Below, piece by piece: positions 52,973 through 64,000 of a DNA stretch of 64,000 nt. Position numbers and translations under genes: made by a program. The first letter of the stretch is position 1, and every line of letters starts with the position of its first letter. The notes under the pieces are model-generated. The model did no database searches. It was not told the origin of the DNA and was given only the letters and a program-made list of their open reading frames with translations. The stretch comes from Eledone cirrhosa (taxonomy: Eukaryota), in contig OZ024756.1 of NCBI GenBank assembly GCA_964016885.1, forward strand, positions 868,001-932,000. The letters are read 5' to 3'.

Positions 52973-53074
52973 TTGTATATATATATACACATATATATGT
53001 ATATATATATACATATATGAATGCATTTAATATATATATATATGTATATATATATACATATATGAATGCATTTA

Positions 53075-53107
<33 letters not shown>

Positions 53108-53209
53108 TACTACTATATATACATATATACTACCAAACCGGCTTCTTACATAACGGTTGCTCAATATTTATGGTACGTCAAAATTATTTATAAAACTGTT
53201 TATATATTG

Positions 53210-53275
53210 TATTTTATCTGAAGAAGGCATGCGATATTTTTAATATGGTATCCCCGAAATATGTATAATGAAATA
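53210..53275 (+). ncRNA. Putative type-I hammerhead ribozyme, diverged copy of the 57.0-kb family
   Basis: tattttat-CTGAAGA-agg...ccc-GAAA TATGTA TA|atgaaata. The 8-bp stem I is retained despite substitutions. Confidence 0.55.
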
Positions 53276-53315
53276 AATATGGTTTTATAAATATAGTTTC
53301 CATTTGTTTAATATC

Positions 53316-53379
<64 letters not shown>

Positions 53380-54011
53380 GTATATATATATATATGTACA
53401 TTCATATAGAGAGAAACACACAGATACATGCGGACACATACATATACATGAATATATCCATACATATGTATAAATATATATACATGCATATATATATATA
53501 TATATATATGCATATACATGCGTATATATATGTATATATATATACACACACATATATATATATATATTTACATATACATATATATTATTATTTATACTCC
53601 AGTCCTATAAACTGTTGAGTGCTACTTATCCGATATTTGCATTGCTTTATTGTGCTACAATAAAACTCACCTCCTACATTATATATATACATATACAAGT
53701 ATATATATATACATATATACATGTACGTATATATATACATATTAGAATATATGTATATATATATACTTATATGTATATATATGTATATATATATATACAT
53801 ATATGTATATATATATATATATGTATATACATATATGTATATATATGTATATATATACATATATGTATATATATGTATATATATACATATATGTATATAT
53901 ATATATATATATATGTATATACATATATGTATATATATATATATATATATACATATGTACATATATGTACATATATATATATATATACATATATACATAC
54001 ATGTATATGTA

Positions 54012-54064
<53 letters not shown>

Positions 54065-54079
54065 GCATACACACATATA

Positions 54080-54121
<42 letters not shown>

Positions 54122-54176
54122 CATATACATATACATATATATATATATGTATATATGTGTGTATGTATATATATAC

Positions 54177-54212
<36 letters not shown>

Positions 54213-54370
54213 TTATATATATATACATATAAAATATACATGCGTACATTACATTCGTTCACGCACGAAAACGTAAATTTGTCTACATTAGCATTTGTGT
54301 ATATAAGCACACAGGCGTGGAAAGATAAATATACGTAAACAAACACATACACACACAGACACATACACAG

Positions 54371-54412
<42 letters not shown>

Positions 54413-54671
54413 GTACATACATACACATATATGAACGTCGTATATACGTACATGTGTACATGCATTCATTCAGTAATTCACTAAAGGCATGTATATATAA
54501 CCCAGTGTGTGTGTGTGTATATATGTGTGTGTTGTATGTGTGTGTGTGTATATCTGTGTGTGTATCTGTATTAAACACATACATGCATGACACAAAAATA
54601 CAAACATTAACGCCAGGCTTTAGAAAGTTACACAGACACACACACGCACACACGTGTGTGTGTGTGTCAAG

Positions 54672-54805
54672 ACGCGTGGCCTAGTGGTTAGGGTGTTGGA
54701 CTTACGCCGCTAATGTCGTAGGTTCGATTCCTGGACTGTGTTCTGTGTTGTGTTCTTGAGCAAGACGTTTCATTTCACCTTGCTGCAGCATATTCAGCTG
54801 AATTA
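54672..54805 (+). mobile_element. SINE family B 5' part
   Basis: tggcctagtggttaggg (A box), ggttcgattcc (B box), gttcttgagcaagacgtttcatttcacc. Confidence 0.75.
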
Positions 54806-54837
54806 CTCAATAAACGTCTGTATATATATATACGTAC

Positions 54838-55412
54838 CTCCACCACCAGCACCACCACCACCACAACCGCCAACACCATCACCACCACCACCACCAACAC
54901 CACCACCACCAACACCACCACCACCACCACCACCAACACCATCACCAACACCACCACCAACACCAACACCATCACCACCACCACCACCAACACCATCACC
55001 ACCACCACCAACACCATCACCAACACCACCACCAACACCACCTCCAGCACCACCACCACCACCACCACCTCCATAGTACCGTATCACCCCCACCAACACC
55101 ATCACCAACACCACCAACACCACCACCAACACCACCTCCAGCAGCAGCACCACCACCACCACCACCACCAGGGCACTGTACCACCACCACCAACAACACC
55201 ATCACCACCACCAAACCATCACCAACACCACCAACACCACAACCAACACCACCTTCAGCACCACCATCACCACCACCACCACCACAGTACCGTATCACTA
55301 CCACCACCACAGTACCGTATCACCACCACCACCACCACAGTACCGTACCACCACCACCACCACCACCAGGGCACTGTACGACCACCACCACCACCACCAA
55401 CAACAGCAACAC
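54838..55412. repeat. (ACC/AAC)n compound microsatellite
   Basis: Directly visible. Confidence 0.95.
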
Positions 55413-55414
55413 CT

Positions 55415-55570
55415 TGGCACCTTGGCTTGTGCTGGAATTTCATCTGACGAATGAGAGAAAATGGCTGAGGAGCGAGTGAAGTGGAGACGTTTGACCAAGG
55501 TAGGTAGGGAACACTTTGAAACTCGTCGGAGAGAACACCTTACACTGAAAAGGAAGGTAAGGAAAAGGGA
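55415..55570 (+). mobile_element. Degenerate RTE-like C-terminal fragment
   Basis: Translates TLACAGISSDE*EKMAEERVKWRRLTKVGREHFE, resembling the RTE C-terminal pattern W...A.DR..WR.....G...FE. Confidence 0.5.
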
Positions 55571-55700
55571 CTGTTCTGAACTCCCTGCTGTTGAGCAACA
55601 TTTGAAACAAGGGAACGGACAAAGATTATGTCCTTGAACAGGCGAAGGCGTCAAGAACATCAGGTTGTGAGTTCGATTCCTATATATGGTCGTCTTCATG

Positions 55701-56185
55701 CATTAACACCAAGACCAAGCTCCGCCTGTACAAGAGCATCGTGCTGCCGACAGTGCTTTATGCGAGCGAGACCTGGAAGAGTACAGCAAAAATAGAGAGA
55801 CGGCTGAACCCTTTCCACCAGCGGTGCTTGCGAAAGATCCTTCGTGTGTCCTGGCGCGACCGAGTGCGAGACGAGGAGATCCTGCGGAGAGCCGAGTCAT
55901 GGACGCTACAGAGAGTGGTCACGGAGCGTCGGTGCCGTCTGGCTGGCCGCCATATTCTGCGTCTGCCAAATGTACGGCATTCGGAAACAGCGATGAACTG
56001 GACTCCGCCTGGCGGTAAACGGAGGCGGGGTTGCCCAAGGATCACCTGGCGACGAACGTTCCGGAAGGACCTGATGGCAGCCAACATCACCTGGCACGGT
56101 CTCGAAAAAGTTGCCGCTGATCGTGACCGTTGGCGAGAACTTACTGCACGATGCGGCGAACGGCGCGGAAGAATCTAAGACTAAG
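55701..56185 (+). mobile_element. RTE-clade LINE 3' fragment with open frame
   Basis: Translates NTKTKLRLYKSIVLPTVLYASETWK...HQRCLRKILRVSWRDRV...WTPPGGKRRRGCPRITWRRT...[12 protein letters not shown], with tail taagactaaga. Confidence 0.92.
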
Positions 56186-56330
56186 ATATATATATACATA
56201 CATGTATATGTATATCTTATCCCATGTACGTCAATACTCATCTTTTTACATTTATCTGAAGGTTCTAAACCCCATTATCAGGCTAAAATTAATTTAGTCA
56301 AAAATACGGTGAAAGCTATTCTATTTTCTA

Positions 56331-56383
<53 letters not shown>

Positions 56384-56476
56384 GGAAAAAGTATGACCCC
56401 GACGGCAGAGCTCAAGCTGTTTCGACAGCTATTTCTGGTCTTATGGTCCATCTGGTTACTTACCACAATTCCTTTG

Positions 56477-56547
<71 letters not shown>

Positions 56548-56743
56548 GGAATACTGTTGGCTTCTTGCTACAATACTTTCTATACCTTTCATTTATATAT
56601 ATATATATATATGCAAAAGTTCTATTTAAAGTTGTTGGGATACAACATGTAAATATATTTATAACCGACATAAAGCACTCGACAAATTTTTGGAGTAGAT
56701 ATACGATATTAATAAATGGAAACTATATTTATAAAACCATATT

Positions 56744-56808
56744 TATTTTATTATACATATTTCAGGGATACCACATTAAATTATGGTATGCCTTCATCAG
56801 ACAAAATA
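56744..56808 (-). ncRNA. Mirror-copy hammerhead ribozyme with AUA triplet
   Basis: Reverse complement reads tattttgtCTGATGAaggcatacc...ggtatccctGAAAtatgtaTA|ataaaata. Confidence 0.65.
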
Positions 56809-56989
56809 CAATATATAACAGTTTTACAAATATGTTTGATGTACCCTTTAAAATACAACCATTTCTTTTGGAATTGTGCTTAACACTATGACTTATTATA
56901 TAAACAAATCACTATCCAGACAGCCTCCAAAAGAAATGGTTGTATTTTAAAGGGTACGTCAAACCTATTTGTAAAACTGTTATATATTG

Positions 56990-57054
56990 TATTTTGTCTG
57001 ATGAAGGCATACCATAATTTAATGTGGTATCCCTGAAATATGTATCATAAAATA
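56990..57054 (+). ncRNA. Type-I hammerhead ribozyme with canonical core
   Basis: Stem I tattttgt/ataaaata, CTGATGA, stem II agg-c-ataccata...tgtggtat-c-cct, GAAA, short stem III TATGTA, AUC cleavage triplet ending at 57046. Confidence 0.7.
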
Positions 57055-57446
57055 AATATGGTTTTATAAATATAGTTTCCATTTATTAATATCGTATATA
57101 TATATAGCTGTTGAGCTCTGCTGATGAATGATATTCCAACCGTGACCATCTCCACTGAAAGTTTTCATGAAATAGTCTTTTAAGACTATACAGAGCATTT
57201 GATGTTATTCCAAATTGAAGGATAAGTGTTTCAAACTTTGTTTTATCATGAGTTAAAGGTCTATAGATTTTTCCATGGATTTTACTAAATTCTGTGGATG
57301 AATTTGTATCCTGATTCTCTTTTGAGATGAGTTTGAGTTATTTTTCCTAAATCTTTCGTTAACTACTTTTCCCATCTTGACGTTATAGTCGCATATATGT
57401 TATAGAATGCCGTTAGCTTCTTGCTAAAACAATCTCTATACGTCTC

Positions 57447-57501
<55 letters not shown>

Positions 57502-57708
57502 GTAAGATATGTGACAATCTGGCCAAGAAAACAGCGATGTTCAACTGTAATCAGTGACACTAGCAGTGTTGATATCTAGAGGTAAAGATAGTAAATTGTT
57601 AATTTAATGTCACTTATCTATTAACACGGCCACTGTTATTTTTCAACAAATTATATCTGATCTGACAATTAAATACACACTCATAACCATACTACCATGC
57701 AGACGTAC

Positions 57709-57766
<58 letters not shown>

Positions 57767-57800
57767 GCACGTACACACGAATATGTGTACTTGATGCATG

Positions 57801-57837
<37 letters not shown>

Positions 57838-57870
57838 GCACATATATATTTGTATATAAATGTGTGTGAG

Positions 57871-57901
<31 letters not shown>

Positions 57902-57980
57902 ATATGTGTGTCTATATATATATATATATATGTGTGTGTATATGTGTGTCTATATATATATATATATATGTGTGTGTATA

Positions 57981-58025
<45 letters not shown>

Positions 58026-58028
58026 ATA

Positions 58029-58141
<113 letters not shown>

Positions 58142-58374
58142 GTATATGTGTGTGTGTGTGTATATATATATATAATACCACATCTGCATAAATAAACGAG
58201 GGGCGAATACAAATGAAAAATAAAAATAAACAAAACATATAAATACCAACCAAAATCAACAAAAACAAACAAAAGTAACAGGAACAACAACAACAAGAAG
58301 CAAGAAAGAGTAAAAGAGAGGACAATGATAAGAGCAGCAGGAACTTCTACATGGCTGCACCAGCTCTTCCAGTC

Positions 58375-58708
58375 ACCCCACCACAGCCCTCACCACACCA
58401 TTGGCCTCTCCCCACCATTGGCCTCACCCCACCATTGGCCTCACCCCACCATCGGCCTCTCCCCACCATTGCCCTCACCCCACCATTGCCCTCACCCCAC
58501 CATCGGCCTCTCCCCACCATTGCCCTTACCCCACCATTGGCCTCACCCCACCATTGGCCTCACCCCACCATTGGCCTCACCCCACCATCGGCCTCTCCCT
58601 ACCATTGGCCTCACCCCACCATCGCCCTCTTCCCACCATTGCCCTCACCCCACCATTGCCTTCACCCCACCATTGCCCTCACCCCACCATCGGCCTCTCC
58701 CCACCATT
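58375..58708. repeat. 17-18-bp C-rich minisatellite (~19 copies)
   Basis: Unit caccccaccattggcct. Confidence 0.93.
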
Positions 58709-59743
58709 GTGTGTATACATGTATATATATATGTGTGTGTGGATATATGTGTGTATATATATAAATATGTATATGTATATATGTGTGTGTATATATATGC
58801 ATATATAGATATGTGTGTATATGTATGTATATATTTACATATGTGCGCCTATATGTATATATATATATATGTATATATGTACATATATATGTGTATATAT
58901 GTGCATATATATGTATATATATATTTACATATATGTGTATATATGTACATATATATGTATATATATATATATGTGTATATATGTACATATATATATATAT
59001 ATGTGTATATATATACATATATATATGTATATATATATATGTGTATATATATACATATATATATGTATATATATATGTGTGTATATATATACATATATAT
59101 GTGTATATATGTGCATATATATGTATATATATATTTACATATATGTATATATATATGTATATATATATGTATATATATATATGTATATATATGTATGTAT
59201 GTGTATGTATATATATGTATATATATATATGAGTGTGTTTGTGAGTATGTACACAAATGCATGTATATAGACGTTCGTAGCTATATGAGAGAGAGAGTCT
59301 GTGTGTGTGAGAGAGAGAAAAGCAGAGGGCGTGTGTGTGAGAGAGAGGTTAAGTGAGTGAGAGAGAGAGAGAGGTTGTAAGAAAGAGAAAGTAATCCCCC
59401 ATTTATCTCCAATTAACGGAGGTGGTATATCAGGCCACATAATATTTTTGGACCCTTATTTATCTTCCGCCATTATACATTCTCCCTATTTCTTCCTTTT
59501 CTATCTTCCATTTCTTCTTCCTTTCGCCATTTTTATTTACGTTTTCTTCCTTTCAGCTTGTTTCAAACTTCCTCTCACCGTTTTCCTTTTATTTTCTTGT
59601 CTTGTCTTTATTATCTCCCTTTACTACAGTTTATCATTATTATTATACCCCCCCCCCCATTCTCAATAATGTTTTACTTAACTTTTGTGATTTTATTGCC
59701 AAGTTATTGTGTTTCACAATAACTTGCTCCCTATTCCTATTTG

Positions 59744-59831
59744 TCTTCTTCTTCTTCTTCTTCTTCTTCTTCTTCTTCTTCTTCTTCTTCTTCTTCTTCT
59801 TCTTCTTCTTCTTCTTCTTCTTCTTCTTCTT
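59744..59831. repeat. (CTT)n microsatellite
   Basis: Directly visible. Confidence 0.97.
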
Positions 59832-60469
59832 GTGTCTCTTTGATACATTAACATATATGTTTGCAGTTTTAACAAAGCTCCGGCTTTTAGGGATATTGTT
59901 AATTTCATTATTCCCTAATTTCCAAATTTATCGAATGAGAAATCAAGCTGTACTACTAAACTAAAGGAGTATGGGTGTTGTGTGTATCTGGTTTTGAATG
60001 TAGTTTTAGTGAGCCTTATATAGTAATTTTCGGTACAATCTGAACTAAATCTTCTAGAAAAAAAAAAAAAATTAAACCAGGTAACTATCCTTACTGCCAA
60101 TTGCACAGATCATTGGCTATAGAAGCCTGAGAATATAGTATAGTCTTCATATGTGGGGAGGGATGGGTTCCGTCATGATTCAAATACTCAGAACATACCG
60201 TATGGCATGATTGCTCCACTAGGACCGCGTCAGATGTTTAGATTCTATGATGTGACATAGAAACACACTGTACACCTGACCAATGTAAACTCCCCTAGAG
60301 TCGTATGTTCTCCATCCAGTATTTTGACACAAGGTCATAAACTTGGTGGAAGGAGAGAGTAGGTTATATCAGCCCCAGTACTTAACCGGTACTTTAGTTT
60401 ACTCTTCCATTATGATTTTATATAAGAACCTTTATTAAACTATACTCTAAATAGCAGCTTAATAATAGT

Positions 60470-60655
60470 TACAGATTTAAGCACATGGCCAACAATATTT
60501 TGGGAGGGTAAAGTCAATTATATCGACCTCAGTGAATTACTGTTACTTTATTCTATCGACCCCGTAAGGAGGAAAGGCAAAGCTAACCTCGCAGAACGTA
60601 AAGAGCCGTAACTTTATGCCACGTAGCATGCTGCCCGATGCTCTACCAACATGTG
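60470..60655 (-). mobile_element. SINE family A copy (diverged, reverse orientation)
   Basis: actttattctatcgaccccgtaaggaggaaaggcaaagctaacctcg is the reverse complement of the family core. Confidence 0.75.
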
Positions 60656-61034
60656 CAATCCAATATCCTCAGCTTAATAATTATGATCAAAACCAACCTA
60701 TTAAAATCGAATGTGTCTCGTGTTTTACATTACTGAATCCCCTAATTTTTTTTCCCGAACCAAAGAATTACTGAATTTGGGTTTGTGGAGAAAGAATGCA
60801 GCTCCTTAATTCATAATCTATAAAGGGCCGTGATATCTGGAACCTTTAAGATCTGTAAAACTTTCTTACAATTCAAAAGATGAACGATTGCACAAAGGAA
60901 GACATGAATTTCCTTTTATTCTGCTTCGTATTGAGTACCTTACTTACTGGTTACCCCGATTGAACCCGGGATAACTTATATGTGTGTGTGTGTGTGTGTG
61001 TGTGTATAATATTTCTATATCTATCTAGCTATCT

Positions 61035-61068
<34 letters not shown>

Positions 61069-61458
61069 GTATATGTATAATATATATATATGTGTATATA
61101 TATGTATATATGTGTGTGCAGTTATATTCACATACTTCCATCCTGTCCCCCCCCCCCCTCACACTTAACACAACAAAATAATATAAATATAAATATATAC
61201 ATGAAGAAACAGACAATTCTACAACATCTTCCTACCATTCCACAAGCTTTTACCTTTCCCCTATTTCTATCGTCTGCTTCTTCCATTTTGTTATTTATTG
61301 AATACAGTTCTCAGGGAATGTTTCCGTCCGTTGCAGACGACACATTTTATGTTCATTGTTGCAAGCAGACTATAGATAGTTTTACTGGGAGGAAGTGAGG
61401 GGGTGAGTGAAGGGGGTATAGTGTGTGTATGAGAGATTGAGGCGGGGGGAGGTAGAGG

Positions 61459-61509
<51 letters not shown>

Positions 61510-61606
61510 CTATTCTCCCTCTCTCTTTCCATCTCTCTCTCTCTGTCTCCCCCTTCTCTCTCTCTCTCTCTCTATCTATCTATTTACCTATCTGTCTGTC
61601 TGTCTG

Positions 61607-61947
61607 TAACACCAACAACAACAACCACAACAAGAACAACAGTAACAACAACAACAGTAGTAACAACAGTAACAGTAACAACAGTAGTAACAACAACAAC
61701 AGTAACAACAGTAACAACAACAACAGTAACGACAACAAGAGTAACAACAGTAACAGTAACAACAACAACAACAGTAACAACAACAGTAACAACAGCAACA
61801 GTAAACAACAACAACAACAGTAACAACAGCAACAGTAACAACAACAACAGCAACAACAACAACAGTAGCAACAACAACAACAATAGTAACAACAACAACA
61901 ACAGTAACAACAACAGTAACAACAACAACAGCAACAACAACAACAGT
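61607..61947. repeat. (AAC/AGT/AGC)n microsatellite
   Basis: Directly visible. Confidence 0.95.
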
Positions 61948-62019
61948 AGTGGTAGTGTTACAGATGATGTCAGCTGGTGTCAAATAATTTTCGGTTTGGA
62001 GTCTTGTTGTGAGAGTTGT

Positions 62020-64000
62020 AGGGGGGGTCTAGTGTGACATAGGGGCAGTGTGGTGGAGTGGTGGTAGGTAGTATAACGGTAGAGAGAGGGGGGGAGAGGT
62101 CTAGTGTGACATAGTGACAGTGTGGTGGAGTGGTGGTAGGTAGTATAACGGTAGAGAGGGGGGAGGTCTAGCGTGACATAGTGACAGTGTGGTGGAGTGG
62201 TGGTAGGTAGTATAACGGTAGAGAGCGGGGGGGGGGGAGGTCTAGAGTGACATAGTGACAGTGTGGTGGAGTGGTGGTAGGTAGTATAACGGTAGAGAGA
62301 GGGGGGGGGGGAGGTCTAGTGTGACATAGTGACAGTGTGGTGGAGTGGTGGTAGGTAGTATAACGGTAGAGAGCGGGGGGGGGGAGGTCTAGAGTGACAT
62401 AGTGACAGTGTGGTGGAGTGGTGGTAGGTAGTATAACGGTAGAGATAGGGGGGGGGGGAGGTCTAGTGTGACATAGTGGCAGTGTGGTGGAGTGGTGGTA
62501 GGTAGTATAACGGTAGAGAGAGGGGGGGAGGTCTAGTGTGACATAGTGACAGTGGTGGAGTGGTGGTAGGTAGTATAACGGTAGAGAGAGGGGGGGAGGT
62601 CTAGTGTGACATAGTGACAGTGTGGTGGAGTGGTGGTAGGTAGTATAACGGTAGAGAGAGGGGGGGAGAGGTCTAGAGTGACATAGTGACAGTGTGGTGG
62701 AGTGGTGGTAGGTAGTATAACGGTAGAGAGAGGGGGGGGAGGTCTAGTGTGACATAGTGACAGTGTGGTGGAGTGGTGGTAGGTAGTATAACGGTAGAGA
62801 TAGGGGGGGGGGGAGGTCTAGTGTGACATAGTGGCAGTGTGGTGGAGTGGTGGTAGGTAGTATAACGGTAGAGAGAGAGAGGGAGAGGTCTAGTGTGACA
62901 TAGTGACAGTGTGGTGGAGTGGTGGTAGGTAGTATAACGGTAGAGAGAGGGGGGGGGAGGTCTAGTGTGACATAGTGACAGTGTGGTGGAGTGGTGGTAG
63001 GTAGTATAACGGTAGAGAGAGGGGGGGGAGGTCTAGTGTGACATAGTGACAGTGTGGTGGAGTGGTGGTAGGTAGTATAACGGTAGAGAGAGGGGGGGGG
63101 GAGGTCTAGTGTGACATAGTGACAGTGTGGTGGAGTGGTGGTAGGTAGTATAACGGTAGAGAGAGGGGGGGAGGTCTAGTGTGACATAGTGGCAGTGTGG
63201 TGGAGTGGTGGTAGGTAGTATAACGGTAGAGAGAGGGGGGGAGGTCTAGTGTGACATAGTGGCAGTGTGGTGGAGTGGTGGTAGGTAGTATAACGGTAGA
63301 GAGAGGGGGGGAGGTCTAGTGTGACATAGTGGCAGTGTGGTGGAGTGGTGGTAGGGTAGTATAACGGTAGAGAGAGAGGGGGAGAGGTCTAGTGTGACAG
63401 AGTGGCAGTGTGGTGGGGTGGTGGTAGGTAGTATAACGGTAGAGAGAGGGGGGAGGTCTAGTGTGACATAGTGACAGTGTGGTGGAGTGGTGGTAGGTAG
63501 TATAACGGTAGAGAGAGGGGGGAGAGGTCTAGTGTGACATAGTGGCAGTGTGGTGGAGTGGTGGTAGGTAGTATAACGGTAGAGAGAGGGGGGAGAGGTC
63601 TAGTGTGACATAGTGGCAGTGTGGTGGAGTGGTGGTAGGTAGTATAACGGGAGAGAGAGGGGGGAGAGGTCTAGTGTGACATAGTGGCAGTGTGGTGGAG
63701 TGGTGGTAGGTAGTATAACGGTAGAGAGAGAGGGGGAGAGGTCTAGTGTGACAGAGTGGCAGTGTGGTGGGGTGGTGGTAGGTAGTATAACGGTAGAGAG
63801 AGGGGGGGAGAGGTCTAGAGTGACATAGTGGCAGTGTGGTGGAGTGGTGGTAGGTAGTATAACGGTAGAGAGAGAGGGGGAGAGGTCTAGTGTGACAGAG
63901 TGGCAGTGTGGTGGGGGTGGTGGTAGGTAGTATAACGGTAGAGAGAGAGGGGGGAGGTCTAGTGTGACATAGTGGCAGTGTGGGGGAGTGGTGGTAGGTA
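62020..64000. repeat. ~70-bp G-rich satellite (~28 copies, runs off the window)
   Basis: Unit ggtctagtgtgacatagtgacagtgtggtggagtggtggtaggtagtataacggtagagaga(g)n-a with a variable poly-G run. Confidence 0.97.

Larger units (their letters stand above)
56699..57099. mobile_element. Fold-back element with 174-bp inverted arms, each containing a hammerhead ribozyme (Penelope pLTR-like)
   Basis: 56699-56872 is the reverse complement of 56926-57099 with few mismatches. Spacer 53 bp. Confidence 0.85.

Noticed and set aside
57115-57175. CTGATGA...GAAA spacing suggesting another hammerhead
   Set aside because: No convincing stem II or stem I pairing.
58325-59356. 343-aa Pro/His-rich ORF with ATG
   Set aside because: Explained by a 17-18-bp minisatellite followed by TA-rich repeats.
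60190-60265. Possible minus-strand micro-exon (catag|aatc...ATGCCATACG|gtatgt)
   Set aside because: Stops in all frames before the ATG, no recognisable homology and no partner exons, so it cannot be supported.

Overview
Repeat-rich eukaryotic genomic DNA, inferred to be a cephalopod and probably Octopus from its SINE families, kb-scale (TA)n and other microsatellites, and very long introns. The only host gene I can support is the 3' half of GDP-mannose 4,6-dehydratase (GMDS) on the + strand. It has four GT-AG exons (1316-1434, 19137-19233, 23955-24023, 26924-26986) plus an orphan tail of the preceding exon at 214-246. Its 17.7-kb intron holds a 7.6-kb decayed Helitron (minus strand, Rep plus Pif1 helicase, HUH motif deleted, solo-LTR insert), joined head-to-tail to a small non-autonomous Helitron. 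The rest of the window is RTE and CR1-type LINE fragments, two tRNA-SINE families, TTAA-flanked piggyBac-like MITEs (one nested in another), and many mini- and satellite arrays. Almost all long ORFs in the supplied track are microsatellite artefacts. Most notable observations: (i) three sequence-unrelated, outward-facing inverted repeats next to (TA)n tracts, each carrying a minimal type-I hammerhead ribozyme fold (Penelope/retrozyme-like), plus a related copy whose end coincides with the predicted cleavage site; (ii) three independent minisatellites amplified from the C-terminal region of RTE LINE ORFs; (iii) tandem amplification of a GMDS splice donor; (iv) convergent CTCF-like motifs around a GMDS exon. 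All alignments and folds were done by eye, and repeat boundaries and copy numbers are approximate.
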